From positions 34,882,919 through 34,933,029 of the forward strand of contig NC_069002.1 of NCBI RefSeq assembly GCF_001194135.2: 50,111 bases of DNA, given 5' to 3'. Numbering within the stretch: position 1 is the first letter of the stretch; every line of letters begins with the position of its first letter. Positions 12,500 through 25,323 of this stretch are shown piece by piece. Under the pieces are notes generated by a model. It ran no database searches. It was given only the letters and a program-made list of their open reading frames with translations, and had not been told where the DNA came from. Made by a program: the position numbers and the translations under genes. The DNA is from Octopus bimaculoides. Lineage: Eukaryota.

Positions 12500-12670
12500 T
12501 TGAGCTGGCGGAATCTTTAGCACGTTGAAGAAAATGGTTAACGTTATTTCTTTAGTAGATGTTCTTCGTTTAAATTCCTCCAGCATTGACTTTGCCCTTC
12601 ATCCTTTCGGGGTAGATAAAAAGCAACTAAATACTTGGATCTACATGAACAACTTCCCCCTCACCTAAAA
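12500..12670 (+). mobile_element. SINE family A, degenerate
   Basis: gagctggcggaatctttagcacg...gactttgcccttcatcctttcggggtagataaa. Confidence 0.8.
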
Positions 12671-12699
12671 AGCTGCCAAAGTTTGACATATCAGCATGT

Positions 12700-12910
12700 T
12701 GGCGCGCTGGCAGAGTCGTTAGTGAGTTGGACAAATTGCTTGGCTGCATGTCATCGTCGTTACGTCGTGTGTTTAAACTTTACTGAAGTTGATTTTTGCC
12801 TTTAATCCTTTCGGATCGATTAGTACCAACTCCCTACTGGTGTCTATGTGGTGGTCGACTCACCCCGCCCCTTAAACTTGCCTGTTTGTGCTAGACTTAA
12901 AAAGAATTAC
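12700..12910 (+). mobile_element. SINE family A, degenerate (tandem to previous copy)
   Basis: ggcgcgctggcagagtcgttag...gatttttgcctttaatcctttcggatcgattagtacc...gtcgactcacccc. Confidence 0.75.
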
Positions 12911-13420
12911 TGCTGACTATCAATGCCGCTAGCATTAATGCCAACACCCATCCTTCACCCTTAGCACATGTTATACCTCCAAGCTACCCGCGAAAGCCTA
13001 CCGCCAGAAGGAATACCAATGTCAATATTAAGGAAACATCCACACCCATGGACATCTTAGGGATATTGTAGGTCTGCGCGCGCATATCAATGTACTTAGC
13101 TCCATGCTATCGTCGTATTGACAGCAAGGTATATCATATATAGATCACAGTTTGGCCCTTACAACGGTGGGGAGCATGGGCAAATGATCAGTGTACGAAT
13201 GCCTTAAGATGTCAGTGCCAACACCAACGCGTACAGCGGTGACAGTTATAACAATACCAGCGACAGAATCAAAATTAATACCGACATCTGCAACACAGGC
13301 AACACTACTGCAGACAATAATAATAACAGCTACAGCAAATAAAATATCGGATTCGTATAAAAATCGCAAGCAATATCATCACAAATCTAATAATACCACT
13401 AATAATATTAACACTGACAG

Positions 13421-13620
13421 AAGGCGACGAGATGGCAAAATCATTCGTACGTCGAGCAAACTGCTCTTTATGCTCTGAATTCAAATCCACCGAGGTCGAC
13501 TTTGTCATTCATCATTTCGTTTTTGATAAATTAGCACCAGTTGAGCACTAATGTGGATGTAACCCATCAACCCCCGATCCCTGAAGTTGCTGACCATGAG
13601 CCGAAATTTGGAACAGTTAA
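13421..13620 (+). mobile_element. SINE family A
   Basis: aaggcgacgagatggcaaaatc...ctgaattcaaatccaccgaggtcgactttg...ccgaaatttggaac. Confidence 0.82.
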
Positions 13621-14173
13621 TTAACGGTGACAGCGACAACGTCATTATTAACCACGACACCAACAACCACCATCAGTAACACAACTAGCATCACAAAGTC
13701 AACTGATGTCAGAAACATTGATATTGAAACCAACATTAACATCAGCAACAAGAATATCAACATGAATCTCAGCGACAATAACAAGAGAAAAATGTGGACG
13801 AACACCTCTTGTATCAACAATATAATCAAAGAACCACGATCACGGACATCAACATCACCAACCCCAGCATGGTCACCAACACAATCAAACCCGACACCAG
13901 CACCAATACTGACACTTTCCCGTTCCCAACACAGCACCAATACCGTACCTTCTCTTTCTTCTTTTTCTTCTTTTTCTTCTTTTTCTTATGTTTCTTCTTC
14001 TTTTTCTTCTTCTTTTTCTTCTTTTTCTTCTTCTTTTTCTTCTTTTTCTTGTTCTTCTTCTTTTTCTTCTTCTTCTTTTTCTTCTTCTTCTTCTTTGTTA
14101 TTGTTATTGTTATTGTTATTGTTATTGTTGTTGTTGTTGTTGTTGCTGGTGTCATTGTTGTTCTTTTGTTGTT

Positions 14174-14335
14174 AAGGCGGCAAGCTGACAAGATCGTTAC
14201 CACGCCAAACAAAATCTTCGGCGGCATTTCGTCTGCCTTCAATTTCTGAGTTCAAATTCCGCTGAAATCGACTTTGCATTTCTTCCTTTCGGTGTCGATG
14301 AATTAATATCATTGAAACACTGGGTTCAATGGATT
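14174..14335 (+). mobile_element. SINE family A, 3'-truncated
   Basis: aaggcggcaagctgacaagatcgttaccacgcc...ggcatttcgtctgcc...ctgagttcaaattccgctgaaatcgactttgc. Confidence 0.85.
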
Positions 14336-16233
14336 AGAGTTTGTCCATAATATCGGTAATCCATAGCGGTTTCGTATAGCAAGTTTATTTGTAGATTCAG
14401 AGCTAGGTATAAAGGCAGCAGGAACAATGGGATTTCTGGGAAAGTTCTTCTTCTAATAAGTTTAGGGCAGGTCTTGATGGTTTGGTCCTCATTTTCAGTG
14501 CTATACTGGTTTTCAGTTTGCTAATGCATGGTTGACATACTCTAATAGCTTTGAAGCTACTGTAGGTTATATTATGATATATTGTAGCACAGACACAATA
14601 TAGTGTCATTCATTTCAATATTTTTCACTTCTCTCTATCGCCCGGTTTATATTCATTCATTTGTTTCCCAAAATGCTATTTGTATTAAGACAGACACGTG
14701 CATTCTCCACAAATAATGTGATGCGAATGCATGTGCAATGTATACCGGGATTCAAAAATTGTGCGGCTAATTCTAAGTACTTCTTGATTGGTGTCTCGCT
14801 CTTAAAAAAAAATCTAGCTTCCGTATTTCTGTGATTTAGTAGGCGTTGTTTTAAACCATTTCATTTACATTTGTTTTGGCTCTACAATGGAAATTTTTAG
14901 ATATATGCTATATTTTCCATAGCGGTTCATTCATGCCATTGCATGTCTGTGATTTTATTACTCACTCTTATATTGTTCCCATCAATATCTTGTGAATTTA
15001 CTGTTGGTTATGAAGTGTTTTATATTAGTATGTCTTTGTTACACTTAACCCGATGCAGAGAACGAAAAATCATTCAAGTAAAGGGTCGACATCTATGGCC
15101 TCTGCTATAATAATTGTTAAAGATATGTTTTATGGTCGAATAACTGTTCTTCATATTTCGTTTGTGGTTTATGTAGTCTCGCTTTTCTTTGAGATCGCTT
15201 GTTTCTATCAATACATTGTAGAAATCTAATCTTGCTTCAAATATTGTCTTGTCGACGGATATTTTGGATTGTCAATGATTTAGGTTCCAGACAGCATTTT
15301 TTATTATTGTATATGACTGGATATAATCATTCTTTCTTTTAATATGAATAGCATTCTTACCTTATGTGTAGCTGACCAGAAATAACACATGAAAATCTAG
15401 CATAACAATGCAACAATACAACGAAATAAACCACCGAAGAGAATAGCAATTTAGAGATATTGGTCATAAAACGAACATCTCGCGCCTACGAACAAAATAT
15501 ATTTAAAATCGTCTTTAGCAACTGCAGATACAAAATAACAATTTATAAAGAAGTGTTATTGAAAACATTGCAAAATGGGATAGGAATAATATAATCAAAA
15601 GCCAGACAGACGACAAACCAGCTGGTATATTGCTGCAATGCAACATGCGATAATGTAATTGAGACTGAGAGAGAGAGAGAAAGAGAACGATGATTTGATT
15701 TGCCACTGAGAAGTCATATATTGATAAATCAATTCTGTAAAACAAATTTATGAAGGGTGGATTTGAAAATGGTATAGAGATATAAACGAAAAGGAAATGG
15801 AAAAAAAGCTGCAGCGCTTACACATCGACCTAAAAATACAACAGCATTAGGAACCAAGAAACGAAAATGCTAACGAACAAATGAATGCGATAACTAATAC
15901 ACTCTTATATATATATAAAGCAAGGCAGAATGACAGAATAGAGAAATTAAATATTACTGTTCTTAACAGATGTCGCGAGAAAAAATACTCTTCTTGAAAT
16001 ATACACACACACTTACATCAATTAATCAGCTTGCCTCTTTTTTTCTTTTCTTCATTCTTTTCCTCTCTTTCTCTCTCTTTTTCTCTTTCTGCGAATATAT
16101 ATAACTATATATAGCCCGATGAGAACGAATTCTTCACTGACCATACGCTATTCATCAAGGTTACCATTGAAGCCGAGCTCGGGATATAATGGCAGCTGAA
16201 ACAGAGCAAACAAAAACAACAAAAGTTTAATAG

Positions 16234-16263
16234 TGCAACAACAACAACAGCAACAACAGCTAG

Positions 16264-16294
<31 letters not shown>
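16234..16294. repeat. (CAA/CAG)n-(TAC)n compound microsatellite
   Basis: Directly visible. Confidence 0.9.
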
Positions 16295-16295
<1 letters not shown>

Positions 16296-16404
16296 AAGAT
16301 GGACTCTCTCGTCGAAAATGACGTAATGGTATTCAACTTTAACCGAACGGCCTGCACAAATGATTTGTTTATAGTGATCAAATGTATGTGCTGTACCTTA
16401 GCTC

Positions 16405-16455
16405 ACTCATTCCATCAAATCGACTCATTCCATCAAATCGGCTCATTCCATCAAA
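16405..16455. repeat. 18-bp tandem repeat, ~3 units (actcattccatcaaatcg)
   Basis: Units at 16405, 16423 and 16441 (last one partial). Confidence 0.92.
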
Positions 16456-16716
16456 CACCACTTAAACTAACGAAATACGTGAAATTATTTATAGAAGTAT
16501 TTTCGACTTCTATTTTTGGCGATGCATGTGCTCGTGTATTGGGAGAGAGAGAGAGAGTGTGTGAACTAGAGAAAGAGATATATACATATCTTTATATCAT
16601 CTTTATTTTAAAATTCTATATATGTATATATATATATAATGTATATATATATATTTTTTTTTTTCATACATATGTATATATATATACATACATGTATAAA
16701 TACACCTATATGTATA

Positions 16717-16754
<38 letters not shown>

Positions 16755-16769
16755 NNNNNNNNNNNNNNN

Positions 16770-16812
<43 letters not shown>

Positions 16813-17284
16813 ATTAAAGGATACGTTTATGTATTCGTATACTTATGTACTGCGACAGGTGCACAGGTTAGTACGCATGGATATTCACATATGCACACAT
16901 TTTTTCACCACATACATGAAATACATGCATGCACGCATACACACGAACACATAAGCACACGTGCGCACACAGAGTAAAAAAATAAAAGCTCTGACTTTTG
17001 CAAATTGCCTAACTGAGTTAAATATTACGAAGCTGTGAGAACACAACATTGGCAGACAAAATTAAGAGATCTAAATTAAGGTTATTAAAAAAAAAATCTA
17101 TATACCACAGAACGAACATCGATGATTTAATTTAAAAAAGTGCCGAGGTAATGTACTGTAAATATCAATTAAAAGATGAAATGCAATGCAGATAACAAAA
17201 TCACTCGTTCTTTTCGAACACTGCGTCTCCTGTAAAATATATATCGTTGTTAATCAGTACATAAACCACATTCTACAACAACGA

Positions 17285-18376
17285 GCACTTAGATTTCAGT
17301 TTGAACGCAGAATAATGGTCAGGTTCTTATATTTGAAAAGTCGTACACCAAAAGAGACTTTCGACGGGAGAAAATAAGTTCATGGTGATGATGCACCATC
17401 ATAGGAAGTAGTCAAGCACTAGCACTTCCAGTTCAAATATGATCGGAAATCGATGGAAAGTGATCCTGCTCTCGGACGACCACATTCCGCCATTGATGAC
17501 GATACCATTCATAAAATGGAAGCCGCTATTTTAGAGTATCACCGCATATCTATTCGGTAACTAACCCAAGATGTGAAGGTAAGTGTGGGGCCTCTGGAAA
17601 AAAAATCATTCATGACCATTTGTACACACACAAGGTGTCTGCATAATGGATTCTCCGGATGCTCACACCTTTTCAGAAGCAGGAACGAGTCAATTGTTTC
17701 CAGGTTCTTTTGGCAATTTGCCAAGAAAACGAGGAAAACATTTTCGGCAGACTTACTACACAGGATGATATATGGGTCCATCACTATAATCCTGAGACTA
17801 GAGTCCAGTCGAAGGAATGGAAGCATGATAACTCACCACCTCCAAAAAAGGCTTCTGTCCAGCCATCAACAGGCAAGGTAATGTTCAGTCATTGGGATCA
17901 CCGCAGTCTAGTGATGATGGATTTTCTGGCAGTTAACGGGGAATATTATGCTTCACTGATGCATAAATTGCGGAACGCCATCAAAGCAGATAGGCGTGGG
18001 ATGCTGACAAGGGGATCCGCCTCCTTGAAGACAAGGCTCTAGTACACAATGTGCGTGTTGCCCAGATGAATGCACACTCCTGCAGCTATGAAACCCTTCC
18101 TCACCCCCTTTAATCTACCGACCTCGCACTATCTGACTTCCACCTCTTTCCAACCATGAAATCTTTTTTGAAGGGGAAGCACTTTTCGGATGAAGATGAA
18201 CTTATTTCCGAGATAAACTCTCGGCACCAGACGCAATTTACCAACTATTACATAGAGCGAGTCCGTCACCATTGGTGGCGATTATGTGGGGAATGACTAA
18301 TAATTCTGCCACGTTCCCTTTCTGTAGTCCTCGGCAAGTGGGTCAATGGGAATCTTCAATCAGCAACCCTCGTGTA
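17285..18376 (+). pseudogene. Decayed mariner (DD34D) transposase and element; right TIR resembles irritans/Hsmar2-type ends
   Basis: Frameshifted translation: MVRFLYLKSRTPKETFD...GRPHSAIDDDTIHKMEAAIL...VSA*WILRML (WVPR motif), RLTTQDDIWVHHYNPETRVQSKEWKH..SPPPKKA..QPSTGKVM, YYASLMHKLRNAIKADRRG, LPHPP*STDLALSDFHLFPTMKSFLKGKHF (YSPDLAPSD motif). The right end is caaccctcgtgTA. Multiple stops and frameshifts; left TIR not identified. Confidence 0.93.
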
Positions 18377-18387
18377 CATACATAATA

Positions 18388-18603
18388 CATACATACATAT
18401 ATATATAGAGAGGGAGAGAGAGAAAGAAAGAGAGAGAGGGAGAGAGAGAAAGAAAGAGAGATAGAGACAGACAGAGGGTTGGAGGAAGACAGTGAAACTA
18501 ACTTCTGTATCTATTGAATATACATGTTCAAATAAAAACATCAATAAGTTGCTTTGATTCGAAATAACTGTAAAGCGAGCGAGATGAATAAAAGTTTATT
18601 TAC

Positions 18604-18647
<44 letters not shown>

Positions 18648-18650
18648 GTG

Positions 18651-18683
<33 letters not shown>

Positions 18684-18686
18684 GTG

Positions 18687-18722
<36 letters not shown>

Positions 18723-18732
18723 CATACACACA
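18388..18732. repeat. (GA)n tract and (TA)n/(TATG)n compound microsatellites
   Basis: Directly visible at 18388-18477 and 18608-18732. Confidence 0.85.
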
Positions 18733-19353
18733 TATTTGCCGCCTGGGCAAGGAAAGCATTTGGAATTGTAGATAGAAATCATATCATTTTGTTTCCCTCT
18801 AGCAAATCATTTGAGTTTATTTAAAGAGAAAATAAAAGGTCCCAAATGAGTCTTAGCAAATTAGTCTGGTCGTTTAAGGACAGTAACAAAGACTATACTG
18901 TCAAATGGGAATTAATTTGTACTGCAAATCCATACAGACCTGAAACCAATAGGTTTAGAAGAATTTTACCTCATTCACACATCTAAGGGTACTGTAATAA
19001 ATTGTAGACAGCAACAAGCATTGATATGATTGCCCATGAGGTAATTCACATTTGCCAGGTATAGATGAATAATTATTAAACTACAGCAGGTTTTGAAATA
19101 ATTGGCTAAGAATGATTATCCAATAAGAACTTGAAATGGAGATTGTTTGCGTCTAACTTAATGGACAGCTTTATATTATCCAACGCAGAATAGATAAAAT
19201 GAAACCTTTAAGCGGCCAAATCGACAGATATAGCAATTGCAACGGTTAATGATTGGTGCAATTGAGACAAGTGATGGTCTAAATAAGGCAGTATATAAAT
19301 TAAAGAAATAAATTTAATGCTATGCAACTTCGTAATATTATTTATTAGTTTTG

Positions 19354-19385
<32 letters not shown>

Positions 19386-21794
19386 NNNNNNNNNNNNNNN
19401 NNNNNNNNNNNNNNNNNNNNNNNNNNNNNNNNNNNNNNNNNNNNNNNNNNNNNNNNNNNNNNNNNNNNNNNNNNNNNNNNNNNNNNNNNNNNNNNNNNNN
19501 NNNNNNNNNNNNNNNNNNNNNNNNNNNNNNNNNNNNNNNNNNNNNNNNNNNNNNNNNNNNNNNNNNNNNNNNNNNNNNNNNNNNNNNNNNNNNNNNNNNN
19601 NNNNNNNNNNNNNNNNNNNNNNNNNNNNNNNNNNNNNNNNNNNNNNNNNNNNNNNNNNNNNNNNNNNNNNNNNNNNNNNNNNNNNNNNNNNNNNNNNNNN
19701 NNNNNNNNNNNNNNNNNNNNNNNNNNNNNNNNNNNNNNNNNNNNNNNNNNNNNNNNNNNNNNNNNNNNNNNNNNNNNNNNNNNNNNNNNNNNNNNNNNNN
19801 NNNNNNNNNNNNNNNNNNNNNNNNNNNNNNNNNNNNNNNNNNNNNNNNNNNNNNNNNNNNNNNNNNNNNNNNNNNNNNNNNNNNNNNNNNNNNNNNNNNN
19901 NNNNNNNNNNNNNNNNNNNNNNNNNNNNNNNNNNNNNNNNNNNNNNNNNNNNNNNNNNNNATATATATATATATATATATAGATATATATATACTTATAC
20001 GCACATATATAAATGCATCCACACTTACATGCTTCGATACTCACATACATGTATGCATACGTATATACGTAGAGCCCTTCATACATATATCCGTATATGC
20101 CTGCATACAAAACATACTTACATGCATAGACGCACATATACAATCAATTGTATCAAAATTCCTTATGATACAGAATTGCGTCGAAATGAAGACGAAGAGA
20201 GAAACAGATTCTTTAGAAATATCTTCTTAACAAACCGCGCTGCTTATTTCACCTGTATTAGTCAGTCAATTGAAGGTTTCACAGGAATTCATAGAGATTA
20301 TCTGCAACTAAAGTAAACAACTGACAACTTTGGTGATTGACGTCATTGATTACCAATATTATATTATCTTTAAAAGGATAGTAAAAAGGATTGATTTCCT
20401 ATGAGCAATATGACAGCTCATTGATTGGCTGAACTCATCTCGTTAAGTATATATATGTGTATATGTGAATAGTTTGTCTTTTTTTCATGTGTATGTCTTT
20501 ATTTACTTATGTGTGTTTCTGTGTGTATTTGTGTGTGCATACTTAATCGAGTGTATGAGTCTTTCTATTTATGTAGATATGCATAAAAATAAAATATTTA
20601 CACTTACATAAATGTGTGTATACACATACACACAGACACATATATTATATACCATATTTATATATATATATCTATATATGAATTGAGAAATATGTACATA
20701 TGTACAGTAATATGTATCAGTATATGCATACATGTGCTAAAATGTGTATCCTTATAAGATTTTTCCGCTATCTCTACCCATTCTGAAACGATCAAGACAG
20801 TTGACACCACACATTATGTATGTGTGTATATATATATATTATTGAATCAACGAAGTACTTCCATAAGTGGGTTGTGTGCGTGTAGTTGTGAGTGTGTGTG
20901 TATATGTAGCGTTTGTGAGTGAGTGTGTGTGTATATATGTACTCAGATGTATATTGTATAAATGCAAAGATATACCATTCGAAGGACGTACGTACATGTT
21001 TATTGAACGCATTTCCATTTCAGTTAGCGGCATGTAATTGCTGACAGCAATGGAGAGAATTTTCAGAGAAATCACAAATTAGCAGGAATTTTACTGTTAG
21101 AGCGGAAATGTCCCAGTTCAGCAAACCTAACCTATGTTTTAGTTACATTCTTCACCTTTCAAATAATACATGTCACTATCGGGAAATCTTGGATTGTTCC
21201 ATCATATCTGTGAAAAATGGGAATAATGACCGGATCAAATATATTCCTTGAAATGTGGTAGTTTAAAGGTTTTCGATAGAAGAATATTCATGTCGAAATA
21301 ACAAACTGTAAAATGCATCTTGTGTATCCGTGGATAGATATGTACATACTCACAAACATACGCAAACGTACATGCATATATACATATATATGAATGCAAC
21401 TATGCAATTATATACATATATGAATATATATATATATATATATATANNNNNNNNNNCACATGATGACTAATATATCTTTATATAAACATGCACTTGTGAT
21501 TGCGATTGCAAAGTTATTCGTTATAATAGAGGTGGCATCTCTATTCACATACTACGTATAATTACGAAAAAAATAAATATATTGTATATGGAGTACATAT
21601 AACATATCTGAATAAAGCCTGTTTATTGAGTTCTTTATATGGAATATCTGATATTATGTTTCACAAATTACGTTGCAGATATTACTTTCTGCAGCATTTT
21701 ATTTTAAATGAACGCACTCATACGCACACACGAAGTTTATACACACAAAGAGGACTATACTTATGAATACATACATAGCTAGAAATATATATGC

Positions 21795-21850
<56 letters not shown>

Positions 21851-21860
21851 NNNNNNNNNN

Positions 21861-21906
<46 letters not shown>

Positions 21907-22319
21907 ATGTGAATGTGTGTGTGTGTATAACAAATTAATAGCAATTAGGACCAAGAGGCAATATTTATAGGCGTTAAGAACTGCTGACGAGAATTAAGGT
22001 GCTCTGCACCAAAATTCGAAATCGCGATGCGGCTGTATACTTTTACCGTTTTAAAAATCAGCAAATGATTTCGATAGATTTTCTTATAAGATAGACAAAG
22101 GAATTTGCGTATAACGCTTGGCGTTTAGAGCTGCTGGTTTGAAGCAAAATTCGAAGTCATGATACGGCTATATACGCTAGGGGCTTATGCCGCTATATCA
22201 ACCATTAAGTATAGTGCTTCATGGTTTTAGAGTGAATTTAACTCTCATTTTAGCGTAAGCTGTGCTAGTCATCACCCTTCGTCATTTTGTGACGTCTATT
22301 AGTACATATATAAAAATTA

Positions 22320-22948
22320 CTAGAATTAAAATCTGGTCAGAGTGACCAATGATTTCGCATCCACGAAAGCCGCAACCTTCAGGGCAGTTCATGTGACCCC
22401 AATACAAAAATAAGTGCAGGTGCGAAAACGTTACGGTCAGTTGGTCAAACGGTCATCAGAGAAAGGTTTCAGCGTTGGTGAGGACGGTTTGTCTCTCCTA
22501 AACCAGCCAATGTTGGTAAATAGGGACGTAACTCATGGCCTGCTAACAGATCGTACCAATTCTTACGAGCTTAATAAGCGAATGGAGAATACAAAATTCT
22601 GTAGCAGTTAGCGCTTCAAATGAATTTCAACCGCTTTTTGCTGCAAAAGTGAGGGCCTGTCTTCGCTGATTAATCTCGTAAGAATCAATACGACCTCTTA
22701 GCAGCCCACGAGGTAGGTCCCTATTTCCCAATATTTGCTGGTCTAGGGGAAATAACCCGTCCTCACCAACGCTGGAATTTTCTTTTCTTGGTGGTCGCTT
22801 GACTAAATGACCGTAACATTATTACACTTCCGTGAGGTGAAGAGTTAAACTTGTCTTTGTATGGATTCTGATGAACTGCCTACAAAGCTGTAGGTTTCGT
22901 GAATGCGAATACCCTGTTCGCCACTCCATGATCAGACTTGAACTTTAG
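22320..22948. repeat. Long imperfect inverted repeat (foldback element or large-TIR MITE candidate)
   Basis: Inner arms 22430-22582 and 22662-22817 are reverse complements, about 80% identical by hand alignment, with a perfect 18-mer cagcgttggtgaggacgg. Outer arms 22320-22415 and ~22850-22948 also align (ttcgcatccacgaaa/ttcgcattcacgaaa; ggcagttcat; atacaaaaataagt/atacaaagacaagt). Confidence 0.9.
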
Positions 22949-23930
22949 AGATTTAATACTTTATTGCACCATACTTTAGAGTCTGCTTACTATTCAGATA
23001 TGATATATTGACAATATGTATATCTATGTGTGTACACACACACACACATATATANNNNNNNNNNNNNNNNNNNNNNNNNNNNNNNNNNNNNNNNNNNNNA
23101 TATATATATACATAGGTATATAGATATAGATAGATATACAGACATGCATACACATGCGGTTGGGTGTATTTGTACATACTCTCTTACTTAGGGGGGGGGG
23201 GTTCGTAGCCTTACACAGAGGAATTGGTGTAAAAAGTTTCTTTTGTACCTGATCGCTGACGTCCCTATGATAACTTTTCATTCTGAACAATAATATCAAC
23301 GTTATCTCGTCCTATAACATAAGTTTCTCGTCTCACAATTGTCATTGGAAAAATCAATTCTTCAGTATATTTTTGCACTTTAAATCACATCAGCTAAATG
23401 GCAAAACATTGATAGCTTCACTCACTCGCACATACACACACAGAAACACGCATGCATACAGAGCCATCTTGTTAACGTCTAGCTGTAATATATGTGGCTA
23501 AAGATATCTATAGTTTTGCATTTCAGTAGGTCCCTCATCTACCTCGCCAAGAGAAATGGAGAATTATCTCCAAAAATTGTAGGACAATTTTGGAAACACG
23601 TCTATGTTAATTTGAATTCGAATTCTCTCTTCAATCATAAAATGTTTGTTCTATTTAATGTTACATGTTTAGACAATTATTTAGCTTGGCTGATTTTGAT
23701 AAAATATTTGCCACGTAATATTTTTTCTTACAAATAATTGTTTTTGGCATGTCTTGCTTAGCCTAACCAATATTGTTATATTCATTCATATATTAAACTT
23801 ACGAAGCCGCCCAAAATGTTCAGCAATTTATTTATATAGCACTGGAGCAACTCAAATAATATTTGTCATTTAAAAATTTTAAACAATTATGCTAAAAATA
23901 AATTGCAGACGTGATACAATAATTCGTAGC

Positions 23931-24066
23931 TTGATTTCAAATTTTGATGCATGAAAAGCAATTTCAAGGCGTTAGTCGATTTCATCGACATCAGTTACCA
24001 ACTTGTATTTATTTTATCGACCACAAAAGTATAAGAGGCAAAGTCGACCACCGCGGAATTTGAATT
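23931..24066 (-). mobile_element. SINE family A, 5'-truncated
   Basis: The reverse complement reads ttcaaattccgcggtggtcgactttgcc...gtcgataaaataaatacaag...gtcgatgaaatcgactaa...atcaaaatttgaaatcaa. Confidence 0.82.
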
Positions 24067-24070
24067 TGAA

Positions 24071-24450
24071 TTTACATCCTACAGGGATTTTGCAGGGAAG
24101 TTTAGTATAATATGTCATATATGTTTAAAAGCAAGAGATGTACTATGGTGAATGTATGGTTGTATCTAATTAAATTTTTTATTCTTATCGGCTTATAACC
24201 ACTGAAGCTGTTTACCATTCAGTTTCTCTTTTATCTCTTTATTACCTACTAGGGGCCAAAAAAAGGATGAGACAAAGTCAATCTCGGCGGAATTTGAACT
24301 CAGAATGTAACGGCAGACGAAATACCGTTAAGCATTTCGCCTGGCTCGCTAACGTTTCTGCCAACTCGTCGCCTTATTCAGTTTCTCTTTTATATGTCGA
24401 GGACCTTCCACTTGCTTCAGACTGCAGTATTTTGTATTATCACAATCAAC
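24071..24450. repeat. Copy 1 of a local ~200-bp duplication (interrupted by a SINE)
   Basis: acagggattttgcagggaagttta...gatgtactatggtgaatgtatggttgta...aggaccttccacttgc..cagactgcagtatt recurs at 25921-26120. Confidence 0.9.
24235..24375 (-). mobile_element. Short, young SINE family A insertion with an 18-bp target-site duplication
   Basis: attcagtttctcttttat at 24217-24234 and 24376-24393; head aaggcgacgagttggcagaaacgttagcgagccaggcgaaatgcttaacggtatttcgtctgccgttacattctgagttcaaattccgccgag. Confidence 0.92.
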
Positions 24451-24483
24451 AGGTATTTTATTATACGGATACTGAAATGACAT

Positions 24484-24615
24484 AGAACAAAGCCGATCTC
24501 GGTGGAGTTTGAATTTAGAAAGCTCAGTGTCAAAAAGAAAATGCAAACAATTCTGCAAGATCTCCAGGAATGAAAATTTCGTTGCTATTACTATTCTGCC
24601 AATTCAACGGCCTTC
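24484..24615 (-). mobile_element. SINE family A, 5' part, degenerate
   Basis: The reverse complement reads gaattggcagaatagtaatagc...ctaaattcaaactccaccgagatcggctttg. Confidence 0.6.
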
Positions 24616-25282
24616 TTTAGAAGTATAACGAAAATGAATTTGACACCAATATTGAATTAAATGATAGATTGATTCCAGTGACAAAAAAAAAGAAAACGTG
24701 TATGTTTCTTTTATAAGACGTTTTCATTTTAAACTTAATCCTAACAAATAGGTGGATTATGTACGCAAATACAAATTATAATAGTATTCAGTAGATAAAA
24801 TCGTGAATATATTTTGAAGTTAATGAATTGACAGAGTCTGAGAGTGATTGTCAAAATAAGAAAGAATTTTGTCGGAAGTGAATACTGAGTGAACATGTGT
24901 AGCTTCTACGACACGATAACGCCTATTTTTTAATTGAATTAAAATACATAATTAGTGGAACTATTTGTGTACGGAGGTAAATGTGACAAACATTAAGATG
25001 GGCAATATTACGAATGTATTTAATGCATTTATGAGAGTTCATTTTGGCGCAGGAAACAGTAATCCTTCACAAATGATTATTATTTTCTGCGTATGTAGCA
25101 CATACATATTCTCTCTGATATATATACACACACATAGGTTCATATGTATCTATATNNNNNNNNNNNNNNNNNNNNNNNNNNNNNNNNNNNNNNNNNNNNN
25201 NNNNNNNNNNNNNNNNNNNNNNNNNNNNNNNNNNNNNNNNNNNNNNNNNNNNNNNNNNNNNNNNNNNNNNNNNNNNNNNNNN

Positions 25283-25323
<41 letters not shown>

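Larger units (their letters stand above)
11960..14170. repeat. Long degenerate A/C-rich low-complexity region, ending in (TCT)n then (TTG)n at 13950-14170
   Basis: Directly visible; source of the T/N-rich, poly-F/S/K pseudo-ORFs. Confidence 0.75.

Noticed and set aside
13617-14249. ORFs with poly-K, poly-F and poly-S runs
   Set aside because: Translation of the (TCT)n/(TTG)n microsatellite.
16405-16455. Short direct repeats as a possible CRISPR array
   Set aside because: The units are contiguous with no spacers, the context is eukaryotic and there are no cas genes.
19208-20316. ORFs of 221-321 aa, and similar ones at 3569, 24965, 39755 and 49237
   Set aside because: They read through N gaps and (TA)n; artefacts.
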